Positions 33,037 through 43,224 of a stretch of 61,109 nucleotides of DNA are shown here, piece after piece (the first letter of the stretch is position 1; each line of letters starts with the position of its first letter). The translations under genes were made by a program, and so were the position numbers. This stretch comes from Pseudomonadota bacterium (GTDB lineage: Bacteria > Pseudomonadota > Gammaproteobacteria > UBA12402): positions 1 to 61,109 of the forward strand of contig JBBTCW010000003.1 in the NCBI GenBank assembly GCA_038043025.1, read 5' to 3'. The notes below the pieces were generated by a model. That model was not told the DNA's origin. It ran no database searches and worked only from the letters and a program-made list of their open reading frames with translations.

Positions 33037-34704
33037 TTAGTGAGGGCTGGGTGATCTTGCTAAAAGCGATATGTGTGGGTCATCACTTGCCTGGGCGGGT
33101 TGACGGCGTCCTTGAAATGCTGCTCCGGCCGCCCCAGCACCAGCAGCGAGTTCATCTTCCTCGTCGGACAGCGCCGCAGTACCACCTTCATCACCTAAGT
33201 GGTGTCGTACAAAAGCAGAGCTCTCTTCTGGAATTCTAGGTTGTTCTTGTTTGAGCAAAGATGTAATGATTGGCATTTTGTTTTGAATAAATACATCCTC
33301 GTTTGCATGCATAAGATCAATGGCTCTTTGTAAACCAGACGTTGGAGGTAGCTCGCGCAAATCTGCTACGCCCTCATGTTGTACGAGTATGAGTCGATAA
33401 CGATCGATGGTTAAGGCATAGGCGAGCAACTGTTGATTTTGTAAAATATTATCGGTCATGTATATGAAAAATTTATCGTGGGTTGTTTCAGCAGTTGTTT
33501 CAGCTAACCATGTTTCGCATATGTGATGTGCGATAACAGATCGATCTTGAGGTTTAAGGTCTGTTTGGAACATTTTCCATAACAACTCTAATTTATTTTT
33601 AGGCGAATCGAATTCGATTTTAAATAGAGGGCTCTTTGCACATAACTTAGAGATGCGCTCTGATTTCCAGCCTACCAGATTACAAAAATGATCCCACCAG
33701 GATGGTTTGACTTGTTTCCAAAATGATTTAACGCGCAATATGACAGTGGCACGTACCGCAGAAATCCCGTGAAGCTCAGTTTCATTAGGATGGTCTAATA
33801 TATGTTTAATTATGTTTTTAATATTTTGTCGAAGTAGAAAACTTTTGTGTGATATTTTTTGTATTTTGTGGTACCCATAAAGATAGAGATGCTGGTGCCG
33901 GTTTGGCAAAAGACTACCAAACGCATAGGCTTCTTGCCCTAATTTTTCTTCAGCTGCGACGATATTGAGCTCCATTGTTGGATCGAGTGGTCGCGCCAAT
34001 AAGCCATCAAAAAAGGCCTTGTGTTCGTCCTGTTCCAATGTCGCAAAAATTTGTTCGGCATTCGTCAAGCTGCGTCTGCCCCAGATTGCTTTATGCTTCT
34101 CGAATAACTGTTTATTTGCGCGCTTAAATTTTTTGTACACGAGTGTCGCTAGTATTGGGTCGCCATCGAGTAAATTTTTAATGGCACGTTGTGCTTGTTG
34201 TTGCATTGGGTCTTCATATTGCTTGTCTTCGGATAATATTGCCGCGTGCAAATTGGGATTGTATTCTAGTGTTGCGATAAATTTCTCGCGGAATTTTTCT
34301 TTTTCCTCTTTTTTTTCTAGCGTGTGGATTCGAACTAATAAAGTTTTAGCAAAACCGATCGAAAAATAATTTCCAGAGGGGCCTTTGTTGAGTGATAGGG
34401 CTGTCCAGTTATTGAGAAGAATCTGTAGGTCTAAGTCGGGTTCTATTAATATACGTTCTCTCATTCGACTGGCGATCTCACCCGTGAGTGTATTGCGATC
34501 CCAATGGGATAGAGCATGAATATCAGCGAGGAGTAAGTTTAAATTGTCCGACGAGACATTGCCATCTTTTAGCGCGCCAATGCGTCGAGCGAGCGCTTGC
34601 ATGTCCTTCGAGCGATCGATTATTTTGAATTTTTTTCGGACAGACCCTTTTCGTGCGTCATAGTCTGCAATAAAGGCGAGTAACTCAGCTTTTTGAATGG
34701 GCAT
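33037..34704 (-). CDS. Hypothetical helical protein, paralog A (candidate effector)
   Basis: 555-aa ORF with AGGA RBS; clear paralog of 34830-36548; acidic patch and GAGAAGAA tract near the C-terminus. Confidence 0.75.
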   Translation of the reverse strand: MPIQKAELLAFIADYDARKGSVRKKFKIIDRSKDMQALARRIGALKDGNVSSDNLNLLLADIHALSHWDRNTLTGEIASRMRERILIEPDLDLQILLNNWTALSLNKGPSGNYFSIGFAKTLLVRIHTLEKKEEKEKFREKFIATLEYNPNLHAAILSEDKQYEDPMQQQAQRAIKNLLDGDPILATLVYKKFKRANKQLFEKHKAIWGRRSLTNAEQIFATLEQDEHKAFFDGLLARPLDPTMELNIVAAEEKLGQEAYAFGSLLPNRHQHLYLYGYHKIQKISHKSFLLRQNIKNIIKHILDHPNETELHGISAVRATVILRVKSFWKQVKPSWWDHFCNLVGWKSERISKLCAKSPLFKIEFDSPKNKLELLWKMFQTDLKPQDRSVIAHHICETWLAETTAETTHDKFFIYMTDNILQNQQLLAYALTIDRYRLILVQHEGVADLRELPPTSGLQRAIDLMHANEDVFIQNKMPIITSLLKQEQPRIPEESSAFVRHHLGDEGGTAALSDEEDELAAGAGAAGAAFQGRRQPAQASDDPHISLLARSPSPH

Positions 34705-34764
34705 TTTTATTTTCCTATTTTCTTCGAGGAATGATAAAGAATATTAATTTAAAAAGCAAGCAGC

Positions 34765-34821
34765 GCAGCTCTGAGCTGCTGCAAGGCAGGCTGTGACTGG
34801 GTTATAGCAGCTCAGAGCTGT
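34765..34821. repeat. 57-bp palindrome pair R2 (duplication junction)
   Basis: GCAGCTCTGAGCTGC-tgcaaggcaggctgtgactgggttata-GCAGCTCAGAGCTGT. Confidence 0.9.
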
Positions 34822-34829
34822 GTGGACGA

Positions 34830-36548
34830 TTAGCAGCGAGGGCGGGGGGCGCCGTCGTCGGCTAAAAGCCACCTACGTTCATCCGGGGGCGCGGCAGATT
34901 GATGATGTTCTTGAAATGCTGCCCCGGCCGCCCCAGCTCCAGCACCAGCTCCAGCCCAAACACCAACATTACCCCAATTACCCCAATCAGCGGCGGGTTT
35001 ATCATATTCCTCGTCGGACAGCGCAGCAGTACCACCTTCATCACCTAAGTGGTGTCGTACAAAAGCAGAGCTCTGTCCTGGACTTCTAAGTCTTGCTTGT
35101 TCGCCGAACAAAGACTCAATGATTTCCCTTTTTTCTTGAATAAATGGATCCTGGGTGCCCCACATACTATCAATGGCAGTTTTTAACTTAGATGTTGGAG
35201 ATAGATCCTGCAAATCTGCTACGCCCTCATGTTGTACGAGTATGAGTCGATAGCGATCGATGGTTAAGGCATAGGCGAGCAACCGTTGACTTTGTAAAGT
35301 ATTCTTGGTCATGTGTGAGAAAAAATTATCCTGAGTTGTTTCAGCTAACAATGTTTCGCATAAGTGATGTGCGATAATGGATCGATCTTGAGGTTTAAGC
35401 TTTGTGTGGAACGTTTTCCATAACGGCTCTAATTTATCTTTAGGCGAATCGAGTTCGATTCCAAATAGAGGGCTATTTTTACGTAACTTATCAGAGGTGC
35501 TAGCTAAGCGTTCCAACCGACTAAGAAACTTATCCCACCAGGATGGCTTGGCTTGTTTCCAAAATGATTTAACGTGCAATATGATAGTGGCGAGTGCCGC
35601 AGGAATCTGGGGAATCTCCTCTATCGTTTGAGAAAGGCCTAATTTAGTTTTAATATCTATTGGTAAGTCTTGATCATCGAACATTGTTAAGCGCGCCTGA
35701 AAATAGGGATGCAGATCCGTATTCCGACATGAGCCAGTAGAAAAATAACGATGGATTGCTTTCCATAATTTTCCTTCAGTTGCTGCGACGATATCGAGCT
35801 CTCTTGTTGGATCGAGTGGTCGCATCAATAAGTTATCAAAAAAGGCATTGTGTTCTCTCGGTTTCAATGTCGCCAAAATTTGTTCGGCATTCGTCAAGCT
35901 ACGTCTGCCCCAGATTGCTTTATGCTTCTCGAATAACGGTTTATTTGCGCGCTTAAATTTTTTGTACATGAGTGTCGCCAGTATTGGGTCGCCATCGAGT
36001 AAATTTTTAATGGCACGTTGTGCTTGTTGTTGCATTGGGTCTTCATATTGCTTGTCTTCGGATAATATTGCCTCACGCAACTTGGGATTGTATTCTAGTA
36101 TTGCGATAAATTCTTTTCGGAATTTTTCTTTTTCACTTTTGCTTCTTAGATTGCTGATTCGAGCTAATAAAGTTTTAGCAAAACCGATCGAAAAACAATC
36201 TTCAGGGGCGCCTTTGCCGAGCGATAGAGCCGTCCAGTTCTCGAGAAAAATATGTTTGTAGTTGTAGCTTTCGATGTCGAGTTCTTTTAATATACATTCT
36301 CTCATGTCATTGGCGATCTTACCCGTGAGTGTATTGCGATCCCAACGGGATAGCGTAAGAATATGACGGAAGAGGGGTATTAAATTGTTCGGCGTGACAT
36401 TGTCATCAGGAAGCATTCCTAGATCGTCAATGCGTTGAGCGAGTGCTTGCATGCCCCGCGATCGATTGTTTAATTTTTTTCGGATAGCCCCTTTTTGTTT
36501 GTCATAGTCTGCAATAAAGGCGAGTAACTCAGCTTTTCGAATGGGCAT
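34830..36548 (-). CDS. Hypothetical helical protein, paralog B (candidate effector)
   Basis: 572-aa ORF sharing near-identical blocks with 33037-34704. Confidence 0.75.
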   Translation of the reverse strand: MPIRKAELLAFIADYDKQKGAIRKKLNNRSRGMQALAQRIDDLGMLPDDNVTPNNLIPLFRHILTLSRWDRNTLTGKIANDMRECILKELDIESYNYKHIFLENWTALSLGKGAPEDCFSIGFAKTLLARISNLRSKSEKEKFRKEFIAILEYNPKLREAILSEDKQYEDPMQQQAQRAIKNLLDGDPILATLMYKKFKRANKPLFEKHKAIWGRRSLTNAEQILATLKPREHNAFFDNLLMRPLDPTRELDIVAATEGKLWKAIHRYFSTGSCRNTDLHPYFQARLTMFDDQDLPIDIKTKLGLSQTIEEIPQIPAALATIILHVKSFWKQAKPSWWDKFLSRLERLASTSDKLRKNSPLFGIELDSPKDKLEPLWKTFHTKLKPQDRSIIAHHLCETLLAETTQDNFFSHMTKNTLQSQRLLAYALTIDRYRLILVQHEGVADLQDLSPTSKLKTAIDSMWGTQDPFIQEKREIIESLFGEQARLRSPGQSSAFVRHHLGDEGGTAALSDEEYDKPAADWGNWGNVGVWAGAGAGAGAAGAAFQEHHQSAAPPDERRWLLADDGAPRPRC

Positions 36549-36614
36549 TTTTATTATCCTATTTTTTTTTCAAGTACAGGAATTATACAGCATATTATTT
36601 AAATAGCAAGCAGA

Positions 36615-36671
36615 ACAGCTCTGAGCTGCTATAATCCAGTCACAGCCTGCCTTGTAGCAGCTCAGAGCTGC
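36615..36671. repeat. 57-bp palindrome pair R3 (inner segment inverted relative to R1/R2)
   Basis: ACAGCTCTGAGCTGC-tataatccagtcacagcctgccttgta-GCAGCTCAGAGCTGC. Confidence 0.9.
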
Positions 36672-36676
36672 GCAGG

Positions 36677-36704
36677 TTGATATTTGAACAGGATTTGATA
36701 TGAT
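36677..36704 (+). promoter_or_regulatory. Sigma70-type promoter of the HAD gene (TTGATA-16-TATGAT with TG extension)
   Basis: -35 at 36677-36682, TG at 36696-36697, -10 at 36699-36704, ATG 6 nt later. Confidence 0.55.
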
Positions 36705-36710
36705 GGATTT

Positions 36711-37349
36711 ATGCGATTAGTTTTATTTGATTTGGATGGCACCATTCTTGAAAATAAAAGCGCCGGCACGGCGTTTTCTTGGTATTTGTTCAAAAAAGGT
36801 AAATTCGGCATTAAACAAACTTTTTATTCATTGTGGTTTCTATGTCGATGGATTTTTAAATTTAAAACAGAAATTTTTATCAAAGATAAAGCATATTTTG
36901 CGGGCTTGTCTGAAGATGAAATCTTTGTTTTAGGGGCACAGTTTGTTAAAGAGCATCTGTTACCACGCGTGCGACCTTTTATGAAAGATCGTATCGCCGC
37001 GCATCGTCAGGCCGGCGATATTATCGTATTGTTAACGGGCGCGCCCAATTTTATCGCGAATGAAATTGCATCGCGTTTAGGTATTCATAAAGTGGCCGCA
37101 TCTGAATACAATACGAAAAATGGAATTTTTACTGCATTGCCGCCCAATCAACATTTATTTAAGCGAGAAAAATTAACAGCGGCGAAAAAATTATGTGATC
37201 AATATCGCTTGCAGTTATCTGATTGTGTTGCTTATGGCAATTCATTTAATGACCGATTTTTATTAGAGGCGGTTCATGTTGCGATTGCCGTAACGCCGGA
37301 TCGACGGCTTCGTCGATTGGCGAAAAGACAGCATTGGGATATCTTATAA
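36711..37349 (+). CDS. HAD-IB (SerB-like) hydrolase
   Basis: FDLDGT motif I, LLTGA motif II, K motif III and YGNSFND motif IV. Confidence 0.85.
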   Translation: MRLVLFDLDGTILENKSAGTAFSWYLFKKGKFGIKQTFYSLWFLCRWIFKFKTEIFIKDKAYFAGLSEDEIFVLGAQFVKEHLLPRVRPFMKDRIAAHRQAGDIIVLLTGAPNFIANEIASRLGIHKVAASEYNTKNGIFTALPPNQHLFKREKLTAAKKLCDQYRLQLSDCVAYGNSFNDRFLLEAVHVAIAVTPDRRLRRLAKRQHWDIL

Positions 37350-37353
37350 CGCG

Positions 37354-37384
37354 AAAATTTCCCCGCTAAAAAGCGGGGATTTTT
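37354..37384. terminator. Bidirectional intrinsic terminator
   Basis: AAAATT-TCCCCGC-TAAAAA-GCGGGGA-TTTTT between convergent genes. Confidence 0.7.
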
Positions 37385-38216
37385 ATTTCACCGCATCAAT
37401 CATTTTCTGCAAGTTCGCTTGCGATGTCTCACCGGGGAAAAATTGTATCGGTGATTGAGCATTACCCTTTGTCGGCATGATAATAATAGCCGGGGTGCCC
37501 ATTAAGCCAAGCTGTGTTGCCGTGCTCTGATTATGCTTGATTTCTTGTGCTATCGCATTGTCTTTGAGGTCTTTTTTGAATTGCGTCCTATTCAATTTTA
37601 ATTGATTGGCTATTTGCAAGACCAATTTGTTATTAATTTGAGTTTTGGCATTATACAACGCTTGATGATAGGCATAATATTTGCCCTGCTTATTGGCGGC
37701 TAATGCGGCGCTTGAAGCCAGTTCAGAAACTGCACCATAAATTGGAAATTCCTTAAAGACAACGCGCAAGTCTGGATTTGCTTTCATTGTTGCGTCAAGC
37801 GTGGTAGCCAAATTGCGGCAATGCGGACATTGATAATCAAAATATTCCACCAGCGTGGTTGTGCCATTTTTATTGCCAGCAACGGGTGAATTCGGATTGT
37901 TTAACAAATCAGATAAGTCCATTTGACGAATTGCATTCGCCGTTTTCGTTTTTTGTTGTTCTAGCATTTTTTGTTGCAATGCCTGAGATGCTTGCATCAG
38001 CACTTCTGGGTTGCTGATGAGATAATCATGCATGATTTTTTGTATATCCGCTTGTTGTTCCGTACTAAAACTGTTCGCGCTGGTTTTAGCGGGCGTTAAT
38101 TCTTTCATTAATGACGGAGTACTTGGAACGGCATGAATAGATGCGGTAAAAAATAAACTTGCACCCACGATGGCGGCAATGCCAACGATCGTAGAGATGA
38201 TAATGTTTCGTTTCAT
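37383..38216 (-). CDS. DsbA-family oxidoreductase (Com1/DsbA2-like)
   Basis: N-terminal TM; I..YL..NPEVL..A...LQ dimerisation helix; EYFDYQCPHC, KEFPI and GTPA. Confidence 0.9.
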   Translation of the reverse strand: MKRNIIISTIVGIAAIVGASLFFTASIHAVPSTPSLMKELTPAKTSANSFSTEQQADIQKIMHDYLISNPEVLMQASQALQQKMLEQQKTKTANAIRQMDLSDLLNNPNSPVAGNKNGTTTLVEYFDYQCPHCRNLATTLDATMKANPDLRVVFKEFPIYGAVSELASSAALAANKQGKYYAYHQALYNAKTQINNKLVLQIANQLKLNRTQFKKDLKDNAIAQEIKHNQSTATQLGLMGTPAIIIMPTKGNAQSPIQFFPGETSQANLQKMIDAVK

Positions 38217-38327
38217 GAGAATGTCCTATGGTGAGTTAAAACTGTAAACACCTTAGAGGAGAGGGGCGAGAAAGTCAAGAAAGTGACAGCAATTCCCGCC
38301 GTATCCAGAACTCGCGTTTATAGCAAC

Positions 38328-38843
38328 TCAACAGTTAATACCACCAAAACAAAACGCATCAATAAATACAGCCACTGTATTTAAACGCATTGATATAACT
38401 TTTTTGTTTGAAATATCTTCGGCTTGATAACTAAGAGTACGTTTTTTGGCATTATATGTGGGATATGCCAAACGTAAAACCATCACCTCTTGATCCGATT
38501 TTCCTGACAAAGTATAAACAAAACTGGCATTAGGATTAATATCAGCAAAGTCATTAACTTTGTTATTCCAGTGCGAGACAAATTTGCTCGTTTTCAGCAC
38601 ACCTGCTTTGCGCGCTGGGCGATCAGTAAACCAGGTGGTATGCGAACCCACGTCAAATAGTGTTAATAGATAAAGGTTGGGCTTTTTATCTATTGGCATA
38701 ATATGGGCTGATTTTGCCGTTTGAGTAAAAAGATAACTCACTGGCTTGCCTTGAACGGTTTCCGCCTTCATGGGCATCGATGCCCATGCGGCCGCGCTCA
38801 ACAACAATATTAATAATATACAATATTGACAAACTCGCTTCAT
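38328..38843 (-). CDS. Conserved-looking secreted hypothetical protein
   Basis: Signal peptide after AGGAGA RBS; YLF.Q.A, LTL, WFTDRP.R.AG, NPNAS and FID pattern. Confidence 0.65.
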   Translation of the reverse strand: MKRVCQYCILLILLLSAAAWASMPMKAETVQGKPVSYLFTQTAKSAHIMPIDKKPNLYLLTLFDVGSHTTWFTDRPARKAGVLKTSKFVSHWNNKVNDFADINPNASFVYTLSGKSDQEVMVLRLAYPTYNAKKRTLSYQAEDISNKKVISMRLNTVAVFIDAFCFGGINC

Positions 38844-38921
38844 AACGTTTCTCCTATAAAATTTCATTTGTACATTCTACCACAACTTAAGATGTTTTAC
38901 TTCTACTCTACCCTCTGAGCA

Positions 38922-41453
38922 TTAAAAAGTTGGATTGACTTCGGTTATACCCGTTACCATTTCCCCTGGTTGAGTCGCTAACCCTTGGCGATATTCCTCT
39001 AATATTTTTTGATGATGATGTCTCCTGAAAAGTCGAGCGGCACAGCTCACTAAAGTGCCAGCCCCTAATCCAAAAAAACCAAGCGAAAAAGCACTACCAA
39101 CATCAGAGTTACCTGCATTCTGCTCTGCATCTGCAAAAGGATCCCATTCACCTTCTTTGTTAAATAGATTGAGTCCAAAGACCACGGCAAAACTTGCCGT
39201 CGATCCACCAAGCCACCTAAGCTCAATACTGTATCTCTTAAACCATGCTGCCGGATTAAGATAAGCAACTCGAGCGGGCTGGATAATTTCGGTCTGAATA
39301 GCATCAGATGCGGCTGTTTTGATCTCCAGGGGGCATTGAGAAGGCGACAGTCTACTAATAATTTCTTGTGCTCGTTTGCCAACCGTATCAATGAGAGCAA
39401 GAGCAACAATTTTTTCTAGCTCCGCTCTTTCTCTTCTGCCGTAGTGGATATGATCGATCAACATTCGCAGCGCGCTACCATTTGTCCTTGTCTCCCGCTG
39501 AATATCACTCACCAGCTTAACTTGCTGGCGTTCAATTAAATTCTTATTTGCTGTCTTTTCATGAATCATAACAGCAACAATCTCATGAGCGAGCATCGCC
39601 ACTAACGCACAATCCAATTCAGCAATCTTTTCTATTATATTTTTATCAGTAAGACGACGTGCGCCAAACGGAAAAAGATCTAGCATGGAATGTATTTCAA
39701 ACAGTTGACTAAAATGATAGATGGGATCTTGTTCACCGTTATGTCGTTTAAAATATCGTACTCGTTCATTCGCCAGCCATTGATGCGCCTCGTGATAACG
39801 GCTTGTTTGACCTTGACGAAGTTTTTGTGCTTCAGCCAGCTGTTCATACGCATTTTGAAGTTGCGCCAAAGTGTCCCGCGCTTTATTGACGTCAATCTCA
39901 CCCGCTTGGATAAGTTGCGTTTCTTCAAATAAGGATCTTATCGTCGCATCCTTCATCTCTCGCCTTTGTCGTGCAAACTGATATCTCTCCAAAGAGATTT
40001 TAACAAATTCCTCTTCGCGCGATCTTGTTCTATCTAACGTCCACTTGAGCAGAGCTCTAATCATTTGTAACCGCTGCTTCACTATTGGCAATACGGCTTT
40101 GTCGAAACGCGCTCCCTCCGGCCACTCTTTTGGTGTTAAAATAGCGGCAAAAATTGCTAATCCCTTTTTTCTTATCGCTTCACCCGGGTCTTTTTCTGGG
40201 CGTTCAAGAAATTCTAGCACCGTTTCTGCAACACTGAGAGATTCTTCTGTTTTTGTTAATGGATAGTCTGACAGTCTATCCGCTTCGGATAAATTCATTA
40301 CTCGAACAAGCCCCTGATAATCAACACGCTCTGGTAATTCTTCTGCTTTTTTTTCTAATTGCGTACCTATTTGTTTTTGAGCGACGCTGCGACATTTTGA
40401 TAAAGCCTGATGCAAGGTTTCTATTGCTTCCTTGAGATATGTGGTTGCATCTAGCGCATTTCCTTGAGCACCATCAAGTGTTATTTGTACGAGCGTATCG
40501 TCAAGTTTCTTTTCTATTGTTTCTGCTAAAAGAACACCTTTGGTTTCTCTTGAGAGCGGCAAACAATTCAGCACCAGCTCTGTGAATCTTTTGGGCGCTG
40601 CTAAAAATATTTTTGCTTCTTCTCGCCAGCCTGGTTCTTCTTGAAGATTTAACAATTTTGCTAATCGAAGTAGTAACGGATGATTGATGGTTTCTGCAAG
40701 CATGACTAGATACTCAAAAATAGCTATTTTTTCGGGCATCCACTCTTGTGCATCTTTATTTTGATAATAACGATATGCTGCATCGCTAGCTCTTAAAATA
40801 TCCTGTTCTCCCAATCGTGTCCATTCGCTGGCGAGATTTTCCTGTAAAACTGTTAATGCTTCATAACTATCTTGCGCTCTTTGCAGTGGCGTTGCTGCTC
40901 CTGCTCCTTCAATGATGATTTCCTCTTTGTTGGCGATATGGACTATATTTTTTATCCACGCTTTATAAATTGTAACGCCTAAGCGTTGCCAATGCAGATC
41001 AGGACGTTCACACAAACAGGTAATAATATCAGCAACCGTTGGCGCCTCCCATGACGTAATAGCTTGGACGCAGCGAGTTTCTTCTGCAGGGCCACGCGCA
41101 TTGACTATTCGTCGCAAAATCGTTTCAGGAGTGTCATCTGCTGAAAAATCGGATGCATGATTCAAGGTCATAGAAATAGGAAGTTCCGTCGCCTCAGCAA
41201 TCTTAACTTCAATAGAAATAGAAAGTTCCGTCGCCTCAGCAATCTTAACTTTAATAGACGACAACTCTTGGTCTGCCTCATCCAAGAAACCACGGAGTTG
41301 GCTAATCACTGAAGATTGTTCTCTAACGTCGATAACTGCATCATCAGGAGCAAGAGCCCCGGCGCCTGCCGCATTACCACCGCCTTCACGATCAGCTAAC
41401 GAGAGTAAGGGTTGTTGTAGATCATCAGGAGCATCAGCAGAAAATTTACCCAT
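38922..41453 (-). CDS. Large coiled-coil hypothetical protein with two C-terminal hydrophobic segments (candidate effector)
   Basis: 843-aa ORF with AAGG RBS; E/L/A-rich helical composition; TM-like segments WLGGSTASFAVVFGLNLF and AFSLGFFGLGAGTLVSCAA. Confidence 0.7.
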   Translation of the reverse strand: MGKFSADAPDDLQQPLLSLADREGGGNAAGAGALAPDDAVIDVREQSSVISQLRGFLDEADQELSSIKVKIAEATELSISIEVKIAEATELPISMTLNHASDFSADDTPETILRRIVNARGPAEETRCVQAITSWEAPTVADIITCLCERPDLHWQRLGVTIYKAWIKNIVHIANKEEIIIEGAGAATPLQRAQDSYEALTVLQENLASEWTRLGEQDILRASDAAYRYYQNKDAQEWMPEKIAIFEYLVMLAETINHPLLLRLAKLLNLQEEPGWREEAKIFLAAPKRFTELVLNCLPLSRETKGVLLAETIEKKLDDTLVQITLDGAQGNALDATTYLKEAIETLHQALSKCRSVAQKQIGTQLEKKAEELPERVDYQGLVRVMNLSEADRLSDYPLTKTEESLSVAETVLEFLERPEKDPGEAIRKKGLAIFAAILTPKEWPEGARFDKAVLPIVKQRLQMIRALLKWTLDRTRSREEEFVKISLERYQFARQRREMKDATIRSLFEETQLIQAGEIDVNKARDTLAQLQNAYEQLAEAQKLRQGQTSRYHEAHQWLANERVRYFKRHNGEQDPIYHFSQLFEIHSMLDLFPFGARRLTDKNIIEKIAELDCALVAMLAHEIVAVMIHEKTANKNLIERQQVKLVSDIQRETRTNGSALRMLIDHIHYGRRERAELEKIVALALIDTVGKRAQEIISRLSPSQCPLEIKTAASDAIQTEIIQPARVAYLNPAAWFKRYSIELRWLGGSTASFAVVFGLNLFNKEGEWDPFADAEQNAGNSDVGSAFSLGFFGLGAGTLVSCAARLFRRHHHQKILEEYRQGLATQPGEMVTGITEVNPTF
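41170..41258. repeat. 42-bp tandem duplication within the CDS
   Basis: ATAGAAATAG(G/A)AAGTTCCGTCGCCTCAGCAATCTTAACTT twice, encoding VKIAEATEL(S/P)IS twice. Confidence 0.9.
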
Positions 41454-41492
41454 TTTTTATTTTACCTTTTTATGTGGGTTAATCGAGCGCGT

Positions 41493-41525
41493 AAAAAATC
41501 CGGCACATGGATTGTGCCGGATTTT
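41493..41525 (-). terminator. Intrinsic terminator of groESL
   Basis: AAAATCCGGCACA-TGGAT-TGTGCCGGATTTT with a U-tract on the minus strand. Confidence 0.85.
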
Positions 41526-41534
41526 AATAGATGA

Positions 41535-43199
41535 TTACATCATCCCGCCCATACCACCCATACCGCCCATACCTCCCATGCCGCCAGGCATTCCACCTGC
41601 ATCGCCATGTTCGCATTCTTTCTTAGGTAAATCGGCGACAAGACATTCGGTAATTAAAATCATACCCGCCACAGAAGCAGCATTTTGTAATGCAGTTCGA
41701 GTGACTTTGGTTGGATCGATAATACCGAGCTCAATCATGTTACCGTATTTACTGGTTGCTGCATCAAAACCAAAATTGTCTTTACCTGCGACTACTTTTG
41801 AGAGAATGACAGAGTCTTCTTCGCCAGCATTTTTAGTAATTTGACGTAGCGGTGATTCCATGGCGCGACGCACAATTGCAATACCCATGTTTTGATCGCT
41901 ATTTGCGCCGGTTAAATCTTTTAACGCTTGCAATGCGCGAATGAGCGCAACGCCGCCTCCTGGAACAATGCCTTCTTCAACAGCAGCACGCGTTGCATGT
42001 AATGCATCCTCGACGCGCGCTTTCTTTTCTTTCATTTCCACTTCGGTGGCTGCGCCGACTTTGATAACCGCAACACCGCCCGCTAATTTTGCCAAGCGTT
42101 CTTGCAATTTTTCTTTATCATAGCTGGAAGAAGTGTCATCGATCTGAGCTCGGATTTGATTGATACGCGCCTTGATTTTATCGGCACCGCCTGCACCATC
42201 AATGAGGGTGGTGTTGTCTTTTGTAATGACCACACGTTTGGCGTGACCGAGTTCATTCAGCGTTGTTTTTTCTAGGGTCAATCCGACTTCTTCAGAAATG
42301 ACTTGACCATTGGTTAAGAGGGCAATGTCTTCTAACATCGCTTTACGTCGATCACCAAAGCCTGGCGCTTTGACCGCGCAAACTTTAACGATGCCGCGCA
42401 TGTTGTTGATGACTAACGTGGCTAAGGCTTCGCCTTCCACATCTTCCGCGATAATCAATAATGTCTTGCCTGCTTTTGCAACAGACTCTAAAACAGGTAA
42501 CATATCGCGAATGTTTGCGATCTTTTTGTCAACTAACAAAATATAAGGTGCTTCAAGCTCGACGCTCATGTTTTGTTGATTGTTGATGAAGTAGGGTGAC
42601 AAATAGCCGCGATCGAATTGCATACCTTCGACTACATCTAATATATTTTCTAAGCCTGAACCCTCTTCAACGGTAATAACGCCTTCTTTCCCAACTTTAT
42701 CCATTGCTTCTGCAATGATGTTACCGATGTCGGTGTCGGAATTGGCTGAAATCGTACCCACTTGTGCAATTGATTTTTGATCCGTACAAGGTTTTGAAAG
42801 TTTTTGTAATTGCTCGATAGCCGCAGTGACCGCTTTGTCGATGCCGCGTTTTAAATCCATGGGATTCATGCCGGCTACAACTGCCTTCATTCCTTCAGTG
42901 ACGATTGCGCGTGCCAAAATGGTTGCCGTGGTTGTGCCATCGCCTGCATCATCCGATGTTTGTGAGGCGACTTCACGTAAGGTTTGTGCACCCATGTCTT
43001 GAAGCGGGTGTTTTAATTTAATATCTTTTGCAACAGAGACGCCATCTTTTGTGACGCGTGGTGCGCCAAAAGATTGACCTAACATGACCACGCGACCTTT
43101 TGGTCCCATCGTCACGCCGACGGCGTCGGCTAAAATATTGATGCCGGCGACTAAATGATCGCGGGCTTCATGTCCAAAAACAATTTGTTTACCGTCCAT
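41535..43199 (-). CDS. groL: Chaperonin GroEL
   Basis: [37 protein letters not shown] and GGM tail; start at ATG 43199 after GAGG. Confidence 0.99.
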   Translation of the reverse strand: MDGKQIVFGHEARDHLVAGINILADAVGVTMGPKGRVVMLGQSFGAPRVTKDGVSVAKDIKLKHPLQDMGAQTLREVASQTSDDAGDGTTTATILARAIVTEGMKAVVAGMNPMDLKRGIDKAVTAAIEQLQKLSKPCTDQKSIAQVGTISANSDTDIGNIIAEAMDKVGKEGVITVEEGSGLENILDVVEGMQFDRGYLSPYFINNQQNMSVELEAPYILLVDKKIANIRDMLPVLESVAKAGKTLLIIAEDVEGEALATLVINNMRGIVKVCAVKAPGFGDRRKAMLEDIALLTNGQVISEEVGLTLEKTTLNELGHAKRVVITKDNTTLIDGAGGADKIKARINQIRAQIDDTSSSYDKEKLQERLAKLAGGVAVIKVGAATEVEMKEKKARVEDALHATRAAVEEGIVPGGGVALIRALQALKDLTGANSDQNMGIAIVRRAMESPLRQITKNAGEEDSVILSKVVAGKDNFGFDAATSKYGNMIELGIIDPTKVTRTALQNAASVAGMILITECLVADLPKKECEHGDAGGMPGGMGGMGGMGGMGGMM

Positions 43200-43224
43200 A
43201 ATCATATCCTCTTGTTTTGTTAAA

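Noticed and set aside
32972-36671. R1-R3 as integron attC sites
   Set aside because: No RYYYAAC...GTTRRRY ends, the genes keep their own upstream regions, and no integron integrase is in the window.
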